This document shows positions 43,214 to 52,296 of a stretch of 64,000 nucleotides of DNA, piece by piece (the stretch's first letter is position 1; each line of letters opens with the position of its first letter). The position numbers and the translations under genes were made by a program. A model generated the notes under the pieces. It saw nothing but the letters and a program-made list of their open reading frames with translations, was not told the origin of the DNA and ran no database searches. This stretch comes from Escherichia coli (GTDB lineage: Bacteria > Pseudomonadota > Gammaproteobacteria > Enterobacterales > Enterobacteriaceae): NCBI RefSeq assembly GCF_013122565.1, contig NZ_CP053258.1, one strand, 5' to 3'.

Positions 43214-43329
43214 CTGTTAGGGCGAGGGGAAATCGTACACATCAACTGTCTGATTGCTCAGTCAACAATCAAAATGCGCAAGAGAGTACAGAACATATAT
43301 GCGCTATCTGGTCACTTCCTGTAACTTCC

Positions 43330-44316
43330 TCACTTATTAAAATGCCCCCAACGGAAATACATGTCACATGCCATCATAAAATCGTTATGCCAGAGGAACC
43401 GACAATGGAAAAAATAGTAAATTAAGCACGGTACATAGCAGAGTAAAAAATAGGCTTCAAACCAAATCCGCCATTCCACAAGCGTTGCCAATACCGACAC
43501 CAGCGTAATCCACATCACTTCAATAACCAGCAATATGAATAACCGAAGCCAAAGCGGCTTGGCAAAAAAGGTCGACAACGCATTTTCACTGGAGAAAAAC
43601 AGATCGATTTCCTGCAAAAAAAGCCTGCCCAGAAAAGCGTACCGCTTGGAGAAGCGCAGAAAAAACAGATTAATCGCCAACACTACGCCACAAAGAATGA
43701 GCAATGCAATTATCGATTTAAACGTTAACCACTGCCCCTCTGTCACAAAAGAGTTACTGTTACGCAACGGGCTGATAGTAAGCAGGTTAACAACCGTTGA
43801 GATACACACCGAAAGCAGCACATAGCGAGTCAGACTTTTATATTTTACTTTTTTCGCTACTGAAATAGCGACCTGCTTGACATAACTGGTGCGGATCATC
43901 CGAAACAACAGAAAGATGACCAACGGCCCAAGTAACGAAATCAGGAACAGCGCATATAACGAGGGTAGAAGCTGGTATAGCCCCCAACTCATTGCACTCA
44001 ACATGATTAACGACAGAAATCCTGCCACCAGAGGTTGTGTAAGAAATAATTCTATTTTGTGGTTCTGCTTTTTCTTAAACCACGAAAAATCGATATTCTT
44101 CGTGACGCATTTATAAGCCCAGTACGCCTTGAGATCAAAAATAAAATTATACAGCACCAGGACCAGAATCCCACTAACTACACCAATATCCTCTGATGGA
44201 AAAGTAAACCCTGCATTTTTCCAATAAAAGCCTATCAGAATAAGTCCAATAGCATAAATGTATATCAGATTTCGTTTATCCTGAAAGCGAATAAAAGTTA
44301 AATAATCAGGAATCAT
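43330..44316 (-). CDS. ycdU: Polytopic inner-membrane protein YcdU
   Basis: 328 aa (the K-12 YcdU length), many TM segments. Its start overlaps the upstream stop by 4 nt. Last gene of the array. Confidence 0.75.
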   Translation of the reverse strand: MIPDYLTFIRFQDKRNLIYIYAIGLILIGFYWKNAGFTFPSEDIGVVSGILVLVLYNFIFDLKAYWAYKCVTKNIDFSWFKKKQNHKIELFLTQPLVAGFLSLIMLSAMSWGLYQLLPSLYALFLISLLGPLVIFLLFRMIRTSYVKQVAISVAKKVKYKSLTRYVLLSVCISTVVNLLTISPLRNSNSFVTEGQWLTFKSIIALLILCGVVLAINLFFLRFSKRYAFLGRLFLQEIDLFFSSENALSTFFAKPLWLRLFILLVIEVMWITLVSVLATLVEWRIWFEAYFLLCYVPCLIYYFFHCRFLWHNDFMMACDMYFRWGHFNK

Positions 44317-45257
44317 TTGAATACCTTCGCATCACTAAATGCTTTACGACAATGCATAACTCGTTGCTGATCCACGCCAGCAAAATCATTTAACATATTC
44401 CCCAAATAGGGCTTATTACTTATTTCAAGGAAAGCTACCGGGGTTGGCATATTCAGAAATGTATCGAGAGATTCAGTCCATTTCACCGTATGAGTTAAGT
44501 GTAATGAGAGATTTTCTTTGATAATTGACGGAGCGACCTCGCTTTTTGCTGTTACGTTCATCAGAACCTGATGCTCTGGCGAAGCGATATCCAGTCCGGC
44601 AAGATAATCGCGCATTGCCTGAACGCCGTCTTCCATCAAACGCGTGTGCCAGGCACCGCTCACACCGAGTTTAACCGGTTCGTACCCAGCGGCCATCAGC
44701 AGCGTGGCAAATTCATTCAACGCAGTCTGCGTTCCCCCAATAACCTGCTGGCGCGGCGTGTTATCACAGCTAATATCCAGCGCAATGCCTGATTCCGTAA
44801 TCATCGTCTGCAGTTGTTCGCGGTTGATGCCTTTAACCGCCAGCATTGCGCCTTTATTTCTCTGGCTTTCGTCATGCATCAGGCTGGCTCTGAAGTGAAT
44901 CATGCCAAATAGCGTCTCAAGAGAAATAGCTCCAGCGGCGTAGAGCGCACTGTATTCACCAACGCTGTGTCCGCAGGAGCCCACAACCGTTAAATTCTCA
45001 AGACGCTCGCGGCACAGGGTATAGAGCGTTACATTAATTGCGGTCACCGCCAGTTGTTGTACCGTCGTTTGAATAAGGCGATTCATCGGCCCTTTCTGAC
45101 ACAGGCGACGCAGGTTCAGTCCGGAAATATCGCTGGCACAATCCCAGATATGTTTTGTACTGGCGTTGAGATCCCAAAGATCGCTGCCCATACCAATAAC
45201 CGGATTACCCTGACCGGCAAAAAGCAGTACTGTCGGTTGTGAAGCATTATTCATCAT
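44313..45257 (-). CDS. ymdE: FabD-like malonyl-CoA:ACP transacylase, apparently the intact form of K-12 pseudogene ymdE
   Basis: 314 aa. LFAGQGN oxyanion motif, active-site [14 protein letters not shown], and a downstream His (SGAWHTRLM). Confidence 0.8.
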   Translation of the reverse strand: MMNNASQPTVLLFAGQGNPVIGMGSDLWDLNASTKHIWDCASDISGLNLRRLCQKGPMNRLIQTTVQQLAVTAINVTLYTLCRERLENLTVVGSCGHSVGEYSALYAAGAISLETLFGMIHFRASLMHDESQRNKGAMLAVKGINREQLQTMITESGIALDISCDNTPRQQVIGGTQTALNEFATLLMAAGYEPVKLGVSGAWHTRLMEDGVQAMRDYLAGLDIASPEHQVLMNVTAKSEVAPSIIKENLSLHLTHTVKWTESLDTFLNMPTPVAFLEISNKPYLGNMLNDFAGVDQQRVMHCRKAFSDAKVFK

Positions 45258-45267
45258 CTCTTTATCC

Positions 45268-46656
45268 TTATAGATAGTATTTAAAGCCCAAATAAAGGCC
45301 TAACGTGTCGCCAAAAAGCGCAAATTCAGAATACCGACTTCCCAGCGCGCTATAGCCACCGGCATAGGCTTCAAGCTGGTTACTGATAGCGCTGAGCGGC
45401 GTGGAATAATGCAGGCCCAGCAACGTACTGCCATCAATGAGATTGACCACCAGCGAAGGCTGCAGCGTCGACTCTCCCGCCAGCGGCAGACTGGCCCAGG
45501 CGTTCAGATAGTGCTTACCCTGCAGCATCCCCTGATTGGCGGTATTGCTGATTTCTGAAGCCATCAGGTATTTGTAAGAATCAAATGCCTGATCCAGTGG
45601 CGCATAGCCGGTTGTGGTATTGAGGAAGTCAATTAACTCGCGCTGCTGACGCTGTTCAGCGCGCGAATAACCCTCGCTCTGAAAGTAATACTCAACGCCA
45701 AACACGCTGAAATTATCACTGGTGTACTGCCCACCCAGCGCCAGCTCCACGCCGCTTTCATCTTTCGTTTCATAGAGCGAATCCGGAAACTGATATTCCT
45801 CGACCTGCGCCGTCTCACGGTGGGAAAGATGCCGCCATTGCTGGGAGCGGTGGTAGGCTGCGTCGACATTCAGCGTAAGCTGCGGGGTGTAGTGATAACT
45901 GTCAGACAGCGCGAGTGACGGCGATGGTCCGAGCCGCACATTGACTGTCGGCGTGTGCTCACCAAAGCGATGATCGCTGAAGCTCAGCAGATAGGCTTCG
46001 TCGCTGTTTCCCTGCTGATTAGCCGACCAGTTGCCAGACGTCACATAGCGTTTGTCGATGGTGGCTAACTTCGGTATGACACTCGCCGAAAACGCATAAT
46101 CGCGTGTATCCACGCTCATTTTTGCGCCCCACGATGACGCCTGATACGCCGATGTCATTTTGGGATCGTGCAAACGCGTCGACTGGAATCCAGTGTAATA
46201 ATGCGTTTGCAAATCAGAAGGCGAACGCAAAAAGAACATTCCTGACGGCGCGGCAAATTTGCCTGCTTCAAATTGAACGCTGTCCGAGGCACTATAGACC
46301 AGACTGAAGCGGTTAATTAACGCACGCGTGCGGCTATCATCCGTTTCGAATTTCCCTGCAGGTTTAAGCGCATATTCGTTTATTCCATACAGATTGAGCT
46401 TAAGGTCCAGCGTATTGTCGATTATTGAACAACCACTATTGATGCCAATCCCCGCCTCCTGATAACCGTTGTGACGTGTGTAGGGATTTTTGCCTGCAAT
46501 CTGCCAGGCCGAAGCCTGTTTATTGACATAAGACACCTGCTCGTAGAGCGTCACATCGCTGTTTTGTGCCACCTCGTCACCTGACAGGCAATCCGCCTGT
46601 ACCGTCAACGGCAGCGCAACACACAGCAACGAAGAGATCTTCAGCGTGCGTTTCAT
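45268..46656 (-). CDS. Putative outer-membrane beta-barrel protein
   Basis: 462 aa with signal peptide (LPLTVQA-DC). Tyr/Gly/Ser-rich alternating strands and a C-terminal LGLYLGFKYYL. No family recognised. Confidence 0.5.
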   Translation of the reverse strand: MKRTLKISSLLCVALPLTVQADCLSGDEVAQNSDVTLYEQVSYVNKQASAWQIAGKNPYTRHNGYQEAGIGINSGCSIIDNTLDLKLNLYGINEYALKPAGKFETDDSRTRALINRFSLVYSASDSVQFEAGKFAAPSGMFFLRSPSDLQTHYYTGFQSTRLHDPKMTSAYQASSWGAKMSVDTRDYAFSASVIPKLATIDKRYVTSGNWSANQQGNSDEAYLLSFSDHRFGEHTPTVNVRLGPSPSLALSDSYHYTPQLTLNVDAAYHRSQQWRHLSHRETAQVEEYQFPDSLYETKDESGVELALGGQYTSDNFSVFGVEYYFQSEGYSRAEQRQQRELIDFLNTTTGYAPLDQAFDSYKYLMASEISNTANQGMLQGKHYLNAWASLPLAGESTLQPSLVVNLIDGSTLLGLHYSTPLSAISNQLEAYAGGYSALGSRYSEFALFGDTLGLYLGFKYYL

Positions 46657-47441
46657 TTCGCACCTCGCTGAATATACTCTTTGGTGAAATGAAACTCTGG
46701 CAGCGATTCCAGACGAACATCGCTGTACTCCATCACTGAATAGTTATTGCCGTGACGGACATCGGTAACGGTTATTTTCATGGGTCGCGTTTTCCCCAGC
46801 ACCGGCTGGAAATCCTGATACAACACTTCTTTTATTAACTGGTCATCCTGCGAGTAATAGGCCGCCTTCCACGGGCGATTATCACCGTCTTTTTCAACGT
46901 AATAGATAACCTTCGGCCAGGTGATATCCGCCGATTTACGCACAAGCGCCAGCTTGTAACACTGCTTTTCAGCACAAGAGACTTCCCCCACAAGGGTCGA
47001 GTCATAGGCATATTCAAAGTTAGTGACAATGACATCGCCGTTAGAGATTTGCCCAATTAATCTTTGTTGCCGTGAAATAGGCATCGGACGTCGCAGTTCC
47101 GGCGTGTAAAACCATAAATCGTACCAGTCGGAAAGCATGACTTTTCCTTTATCTCGCGGCGGATAAATAAAACGCACCAGCGAGCGCGCATCCGCTTTTT
47201 CATTACCCAGCGGTTTCATAAAACGCATGGAAATATCGAGGACCTGTTTATTCTCTGGCTGGGTTACGCCCGCTTTATATTCCGTTACCGTCAGCGTGTA
47301 ACGAAACGGTTTATTCGGCGAACGAATTTCGTCAGCGCGACGAATTATATCCAGCGCCTTATTATCTGTGCTCGCCGCCTGAACGCACGACGTAGCGAGC
47401 CACAGGCAAGCAAACCACTTGCCGTAAAAAGCCATATTCAT
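46653..47441 (-). CDS. LolA-like outer-membrane lipoprotein-sorting/carrier protein
   Basis: 262 aa with signal peptide. ALDIIRRADEIRSPNKPF...TLTVTEYK resembles recalled LolA-like proteins encoded beside FtsX-type permeases. Confidence 0.5.
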   Translation of the reverse strand: MNMAFYGKWFACLWLATSCVQAASTDNKALDIIRRADEIRSPNKPFRYTLTVTEYKAGVTQPENKQVLDISMRFMKPLGNEKADARSLVRFIYPPRDKGKVMLSDWYDLWFYTPELRRPMPISRQQRLIGQISNGDVIVTNFEYAYDSTLVGEVSCAEKQCYKLALVRKSADITWPKVIYYVEKDGDNRPWKAAYYSQDDQLIKEVLYQDFQPVLGKTRPMKITVTDVRHGNNYSVMEYSDVRLESLPEFHFTKEYIQRGAK

Positions 47442-47449
47442 AATCAGTC

Positions 47450-48760
47450 CTACGAGAATTTAAATGCGTCAGAAATATTCAGCCGGGAAGCACGTAAAGC
47501 CGGTAACACAGAGGCACCTGTTGCTGTCAAAATAGGTAATACCACCGTCACCCAAATCAATTCCGGGTTACTGGTTTTTATAAAGGCGGTATAGCCGATG
47601 GTTTGTCCCGGCGATGGCGGCATCGCAATACCATAAAGATTAATAATCCAGGCTAGCGCCCCCCCCACCAGTAGGCTACCGACTGCGCCAATCACACCAA
47701 TAAAAATGCCTTCCGTCAGAAACAAGCGCGTGACGTGAAGCGGCTTCAGGCCTATGGCACGCAGAGTGGTAATTTCACGGGTGCGTTCAGCAATGTTCAT
47801 TGCCATCGAATTGCTGATCATGAAGATGACAATCAGCGCAACAATCAGCTTGATGAAGAAATAGATCCCCGACAGTAACCCCTCAACCTGTTGATAAAAG
47901 AGTGAAACATCACGCCAGTCTTTGACCACCAGCGGCAAATGATTGCGTTCAATAAACTGACGCAGCTTAGCGCTAAACGCCGCGGTGTCATCCTCTTTTA
48001 GCAGGATAAGCACTTTGCTGACGCCATCCGTACCCATCATGCGCTGCGCGGTGTCCAGCGGGATCTTCATCGCGACATCGTCATAATCTTTAATGCCTGA
48101 CTCAAAAATGCCACGCAGTTTTAGCGACAATGCGCCCTGCCCGCCCGCCGTGTTGACGACCATCACATCCAGCCAGTCGTCATATTTCGCATTCAACGTT
48201 TTCGCCAGACCGCTGCCCAGGGTGATTTCATCACCTTTTACCCGGGAAAGATCGCTCCCCGCGATAATCTTATCGAACGAGCCCAGCTTTAAAGCGGGTA
48301 ACGGCTCCACCCCTAGCGCGGAGAAATAGCTGGAGGTTTCGCTCTCGTAATGTGAAATTACGCCAGTAAACTCCAGTTGCCCGGAGAGCGTGGAAATATC
48401 CGCCGCCAGCGTCGGGTCCGACAAAATAGCTTTCTTTAACGCCGCATAATCGGCAATCAGGCTCTTATTTTTATTCGACGTTTCAAAATAGTGCTGATTG
48501 TAAATCTGTACATGACCAATATTGGTACGAATCGTCTGCTCTTTCAGGATCCAGAAAGAGTAATCAATAAATCCGCCATATAAAAAAATTGCCACGCCAC
48601 CCAATACAATGGCGGTTATAGTAGAAAAAGAGCGACGCTTGTGGCGAAAGAGATTCAAAAATGCAAATTTGACATCTCGTGAATAAAACAGAAGCTGATA
48701 AAACACAAAAAACAGAATCAGCAGCAGAACGCAATTAACAGCTAAAATTTCCCCGGACAT
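47450..48760 (-). CDS. FtsX/LolCE/MacB-type ABC transporter permease
   Basis: 436 aa: TM1, a ~230-aa periplasmic loop, then 3 C-terminal TMs (...ITTLRAIGLKPLHVTRLFLTEG...). Confidence 0.75.
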   Translation of the reverse strand: MSGEILAVNCVLLLILFFVFYQLLFYSRDVKFAFLNLFRHKRRSFSTITAIVLGGVAIFLYGGFIDYSFWILKEQTIRTNIGHVQIYNQHYFETSNKNKSLIADYAALKKAILSDPTLAADISTLSGQLEFTGVISHYESETSSYFSALGVEPLPALKLGSFDKIIAGSDLSRVKGDEITLGSGLAKTLNAKYDDWLDVMVVNTAGGQGALSLKLRGIFESGIKDYDDVAMKIPLDTAQRMMGTDGVSKVLILLKEDDTAAFSAKLRQFIERNHLPLVVKDWRDVSLFYQQVEGLLSGIYFFIKLIVALIVIFMISNSMAMNIAERTREITTLRAIGLKPLHVTRLFLTEGIFIGVIGAVGSLLVGGALAWIINLYGIAMPPSPGQTIGYTAFIKTSNPELIWVTVVLPILTATGASVLPALRASRLNISDAFKFS

Positions 48761-49417
48761 TTACTCACCTTTCATCAGCGGCAGCAGTACCTGGGTTAAC
48801 TCTTCACTATCCCATTCTGGTACAACATTAAAATCATGCGTCAGCGACTGCGCTAGCGCGGTGTTTTGCCCTTTAATTTGCGCCAACAACGCATTCGCGC
48901 GGGTGGTGTCCTTGCAGTGACGTAATGCGCGATAACGCATCGCCAGAATATGGTCGCGGATCGTTGTCGTCCATATCGCCGGGTCAGCCAGCATGTGTTC
49001 GGTATCTTTGACTGTCACCACGCAACGCCCTGAATCTGCGGGTAAATAGGCATCTACGCGGGCACGTAAATACCGTACGCGTTGATTTTTCTCCTGCAAA
49101 TCCACCGCTTCATCCAGCCAGAAAAAGCCGCTTTTGGCGTATTCTGAGGCATGGATAAAATCGTTTGTTGCCGCATAACTGTCTGCCTGACGCAGTAAGC
49201 CATAGGCATAAAAAACCAGCGCCACCACATTGTGCCTGGCGTCATACTCTTTCTTTAACGCCTCGGTCAGCATCGCCAGCGCGGCAGGCTGCGCCGGGAG
49301 CCCCTGTTGCAGAACCTGGTTAACGGCGTCGGGTGTTGCCGCGTAAATCTTCGGGGCCAAAAACGCCGCGTACAAAAAGACGCCGATGAGCAAAAATCCT
49401 TTATGCATCTGAGTCAT
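48761..49417 (-). CDS. Exported helical protein, unknown function
   Basis: 218 aa with signal peptide (FLAPKIYA-ATP). Its stop abuts the permease start and its start overlaps the ATPase stop by 17 nt. Confidence 0.5.
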   Translation of the reverse strand: MTQMHKGFLLIGVFLYAAFLAPKIYAATPDAVNQVLQQGLPAQPAALAMLTEALKKEYDARHNVVALVFYAYGLLRQADSYAATNDFIHASEYAKSGFFWLDEAVDLQEKNQRVRYLRARVDAYLPADSGRCVVTVKDTEHMLADPAIWTTTIRDHILAMRYRALRHCKDTTRANALLAQIKGQNTALAQSLTHDFNVVPEWDSEELTQVLLPLMKGE

Positions 49418-50108
49418 GAATCAATACTCCATCCTGAATTTCAACCACTCGCCGTGCCCGCGCTTTTAATTCGCTGGAGTGCGTGGAAATAACAAATGTG
49501 GTGCCTGTCTGCTGATTAATCGTCAACAGCAGGTCCAAAATAGCCTCGCCGGTTGACAGGTCTAAATTTCCCGTCGGTTCATCGGCAATGACCACCATCG
49601 GTTCGTGTGCCAGTGCCCGGGCGATGGCGACACGCTGTTGTTGACCGCCCGATAGTTGCCCAGGTTTGCGATCGCCAAAACCGCTTAATCCGACGCTATC
49701 GAGATAATGCAGCGTCCGTTCAGTGGCTTCTTTTTTACTGAACTGGCCATTAAGCACCAATGGGAAATAAACGTTATCGAAAACATTTAATACCGGCATA
49801 AGATTAAAAAACTGAAAAATAAAACCCAGATGTTTTCCACGAATCACAGCTAACTGCTCTTCCGGCAGTTGGTTCAGTAATTTATTTAAAAATATCACCG
49901 TTCCGCTGGTCGGTTTATCAATACCCGAGAGAATATTCAACAGAGTACTTTTACCACTGCCTGATGGCCCACACAGTGCGAGAAATTCGCCTTTATTGAT
50001 ATCAAGATTAATGCTTTTAAGCGCATCAACCTTTCCTGCCCCGGCACCATAACACTTGTAAATGTTGCTAAGCGAAATAGCGGGCAACGATTTAATAGTA
50101 GATTGCAT
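49401..50108 (-). CDS. ABC transporter ATP-binding protein (LolD/MacB-NBD type)
   Basis: Walker [10 protein letters not shown], signature [15 protein letters not shown], Walker [13 protein letters not shown]. Start taken at MQSTIKSL; the track start lies inside the upstream gene. Confidence 0.88.
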   Translation of the reverse strand: MQSTIKSLPAISLSNIYKCYGAGAGKVDALKSINLDINKGEFLALCGPSGSGKSTLLNILSGIDKPTSGTVIFLNKLLNQLPEEQLAVIRGKHLGFIFQFFNLMPVLNVFDNVYFPLVLNGQFSKKEATERTLHYLDSVGLSGFGDRKPGQLSGGQQQRVAIARALAHEPMVVIADEPTGNLDLSTGEAILDLLLTINQQTGTTFVISTHSSELKARARRVVEIQDGVLIHDSDA

Positions 50109-50118
50109 ACGACTGTCG

Positions 50119-51072
50119 TTATCCTTCAAGGTATTCAAGGTCAAAGTAGTGATAACCAAACTGTTTATCGGCAATGACCGTACGCATTTTTCCACCGGGC
50201 TGAATATGACGGGTTAAATAATCCATACTCAGCGCGGGCGTCAGACAACCGCTTTCTCCGTAATGGGCTACCAGGTCGATAACGCCAGCAGCAGGCCGGG
50301 ACGGCATTTGTCGCCGTTCGCTGAAGGCCATGACATCAATATCCGTAGCATGCTGTGGCGCAGTGCCGGAATGATATTCCCCGCATTGCAGCCTGATGGC
50401 GCTCTCACGCTGGCTGAGAATAAAACAACCCACGCGTTCAACAGATAAATTCACCTCATCAGCACGACGGGGGAATAAACGCTTAGGCGGTTTACCCACA
50501 TCCTCTTCAGAGAATACCAGTACCGGAATTGCCCGATAGGCAGCGCAAATCACCACGTTATCGAATACATCCCAGGCGAGATAATCCTGCGCCATACGCA
50601 GCGCCTGAACGAATGCCTGTTTTTCGCCACGAATTTTGCAAGTCGGCTCAGTTATCGAAAACTTCTTAAGTAAATTCTTGGGAAGCGTATCAATAGTGGC
50701 GATATGCAGCGCACTGGAAATTTTTTCAAACGGACCGGATTCGCCCCAGGAATCGGCATAAATAAATGCCGTGCGCGATTTCATTAACTTCATGCGTTCT
50801 TTAGTCGGCATTTGTTGTAATGCAGAATCGGTCACCTGCTCCATCGCCTCAAGGTAAGGCATATATTGCGGATTACGGATCCGTTCCGGCGCATAAATAT
50901 CGTTCTCAACGCCAAAGCGCTTCAGCCCCCAGCCATTAGCACGGGTGCCATATAATCCTCTTTCGTACATATGTGCTTCCCAGGCGTTGAGCCAGGTCGG
51001 CTGATAAAAATAAAAAATGTCGTCCGGTTCCGTAAGCGCCCAGGAAGACAGGTAGATACTCTTTTCCGTCAT
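50119..51072 (-). CDS. Unassigned 317-aa protein, possibly a KS N-terminal-like/thiolase-fold accessory
   Basis: ATGA overlap with the upstream KS gene. The N-terminal IYLSSWAL strand resembles KS-N-like accessory proteins (weak, from recall). No active-site motif seen. Confidence 0.3.
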   Translation of the reverse strand: MTEKSIYLSSWALTEPDDIFYFYQPTWLNAWEAHMYERGLYGTRANGWGLKRFGVENDIYAPERIRNPQYMPYLEAMEQVTDSALQQMPTKERMKLMKSRTAFIYADSWGESGPFEKISSALHIATIDTLPKNLLKKFSITEPTCKIRGEKQAFVQALRMAQDYLAWDVFDNVVICAAYRAIPVLVFSEEDVGKPPKRLFPRRADEVNLSVERVGCFILSQRESAIRLQCGEYHSGTAPQHATDIDVMAFSERRQMPSRPAAGVIDLVAHYGESGCLTPALSMDYLTRHIQPGGKMRTVIADKQFGYHYFDLEYLEG

Positions 51073-52292
51073 TTCGCGCGCCCCGCTTGCATATTTGACA
51101 TAACAACGCCAATAACCGAACCATCGACACCCACACCAACCTTCAGCAAATGGCGTTTGCTATGGTTTGTCACGCTGCCGTCCGTAAGTACCAGCGAAGC
51201 CATGCTGTCGATAATGACGTCGTTACCAACAGGTGCGATCAGTTGATGATGCGTCAACGAATGGTGGCCAATGATCAGATCGACAACACCGGATCCGGTT
51301 GCGGTATAGCCGATCTGCCCTTTATAGGCGAGAACGGGGATCTGCCGCTCCCCTGCGAACATGGTGATGGCTTTGGCTTCCGCGTTATCGCTCACTGCCG
51401 AACCGTTGCCGTGTGGAAGAATGGCTGCAAGATCATCCAGCGCAATTTCAGCCTGCTTCATCGCGGCCTGCATGACCTTGTGCACGTTAGTGCTAAGCCA
51501 GGAGGCATCGTTGCTGCGGCCCGCGCTGATTTGGGTGTAAGTCGTTTGCACCCTTACGCCCTCACTTTGTTGACGCGCCCGGCGGTGATGAGCGCTTTCC
51601 AGTAGGAGCGCGCTAAAACCTTCTGCGAACGCCACACCTTTACTGTTTTCACCAAACGGCTGAACCTGTTCGCTGTCCAGCATCGATTGCGTTTCCAGGA
51701 ACCAGATATCCTGGGTTTTAATTTTCGAACAGTTCAGCACAATCGCGAGATCAATCCCGCCCTGCTCAATGCCCTGCGTCGCCAGATGCACCGCAGTCAG
51801 TGACGAGTTACTGGTGCAGTTCATGTTAGGCGGCAAATACTGCAAGCGATATTTGCGCGCAAGATGGCTTGAAATCGTGTCCTGCGACATCTTTGAGGCA
51901 TGCAGATTTGTGATGGATTGCGTTAAGTTGATATCTTCTACATCGTTGTAATTATAGAAAGATTTGTAATCCAGCCCGTCGATACGCGGCCCAATACCGG
52001 TCAGATAAACGCGAACGTTGCGCCCGGCCAGGCAATGCTTATCCAGCATTGCCTGTTCCAGGGCTTCGTCGATCAACTGAGACAGCAGGTCCAATGCGCT
52101 ATCGTCCACCTGTTTCAACGTCGCCACTGACGGATTACCCTTAAACCCGCATTTAATGGCTTCCTCGTTGGAGGTAAACCAGGGTGTACGCGCAACGCGT
52201 TTCCCCTGTTTCAGATTGTCAATTAACTGCGAACAGTCTTCGGCATACGGCATCCACACGCTGTAACCCGAAATAATAGCGGCATTGTCCAC
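51069..52292 (-). CDS. Beta-ketoacyl synthase-like protein with a Cys-His-Tyr triad
   Basis: NMNCTSNSSLTAVHLA (Cys), LPHGNGSAVSDNAE (His), KGQIGYTATGSG (Tyr where the second His is expected). GTG start at 52292 after aaggga; the track ATG lies inside the upstream gene. Confidence 0.7.
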   Translation of the reverse strand: MDNAAIISGYSVWMPYAEDCSQLIDNLKQGKRVARTPWFTSNEEAIKCGFKGNPSVATLKQVDDSALDLLSQLIDEALEQAMLDKHCLAGRNVRVYLTGIGPRIDGLDYKSFYNYNDVEDINLTQSITNLHASKMSQDTISSHLARKYRLQYLPPNMNCTSNSSLTAVHLATQGIEQGGIDLAIVLNCSKIKTQDIWFLETQSMLDSEQVQPFGENSKGVAFAEGFSALLLESAHHRRARQQSEGVRVQTTYTQISAGRSNDASWLSTNVHKVMQAAMKQAEIALDDLAAILPHGNGSAVSDNAEAKAITMFAGERQIPVLAYKGQIGYTATGSGVVDLIIGHHSLTHHQLIAPVGNDVIIDSMASLVLTDGSVTNHSKRHLLKVGVGVDGSVIGVVMSNMQAGRAK

Positions 52293-52296
52293 AGTC

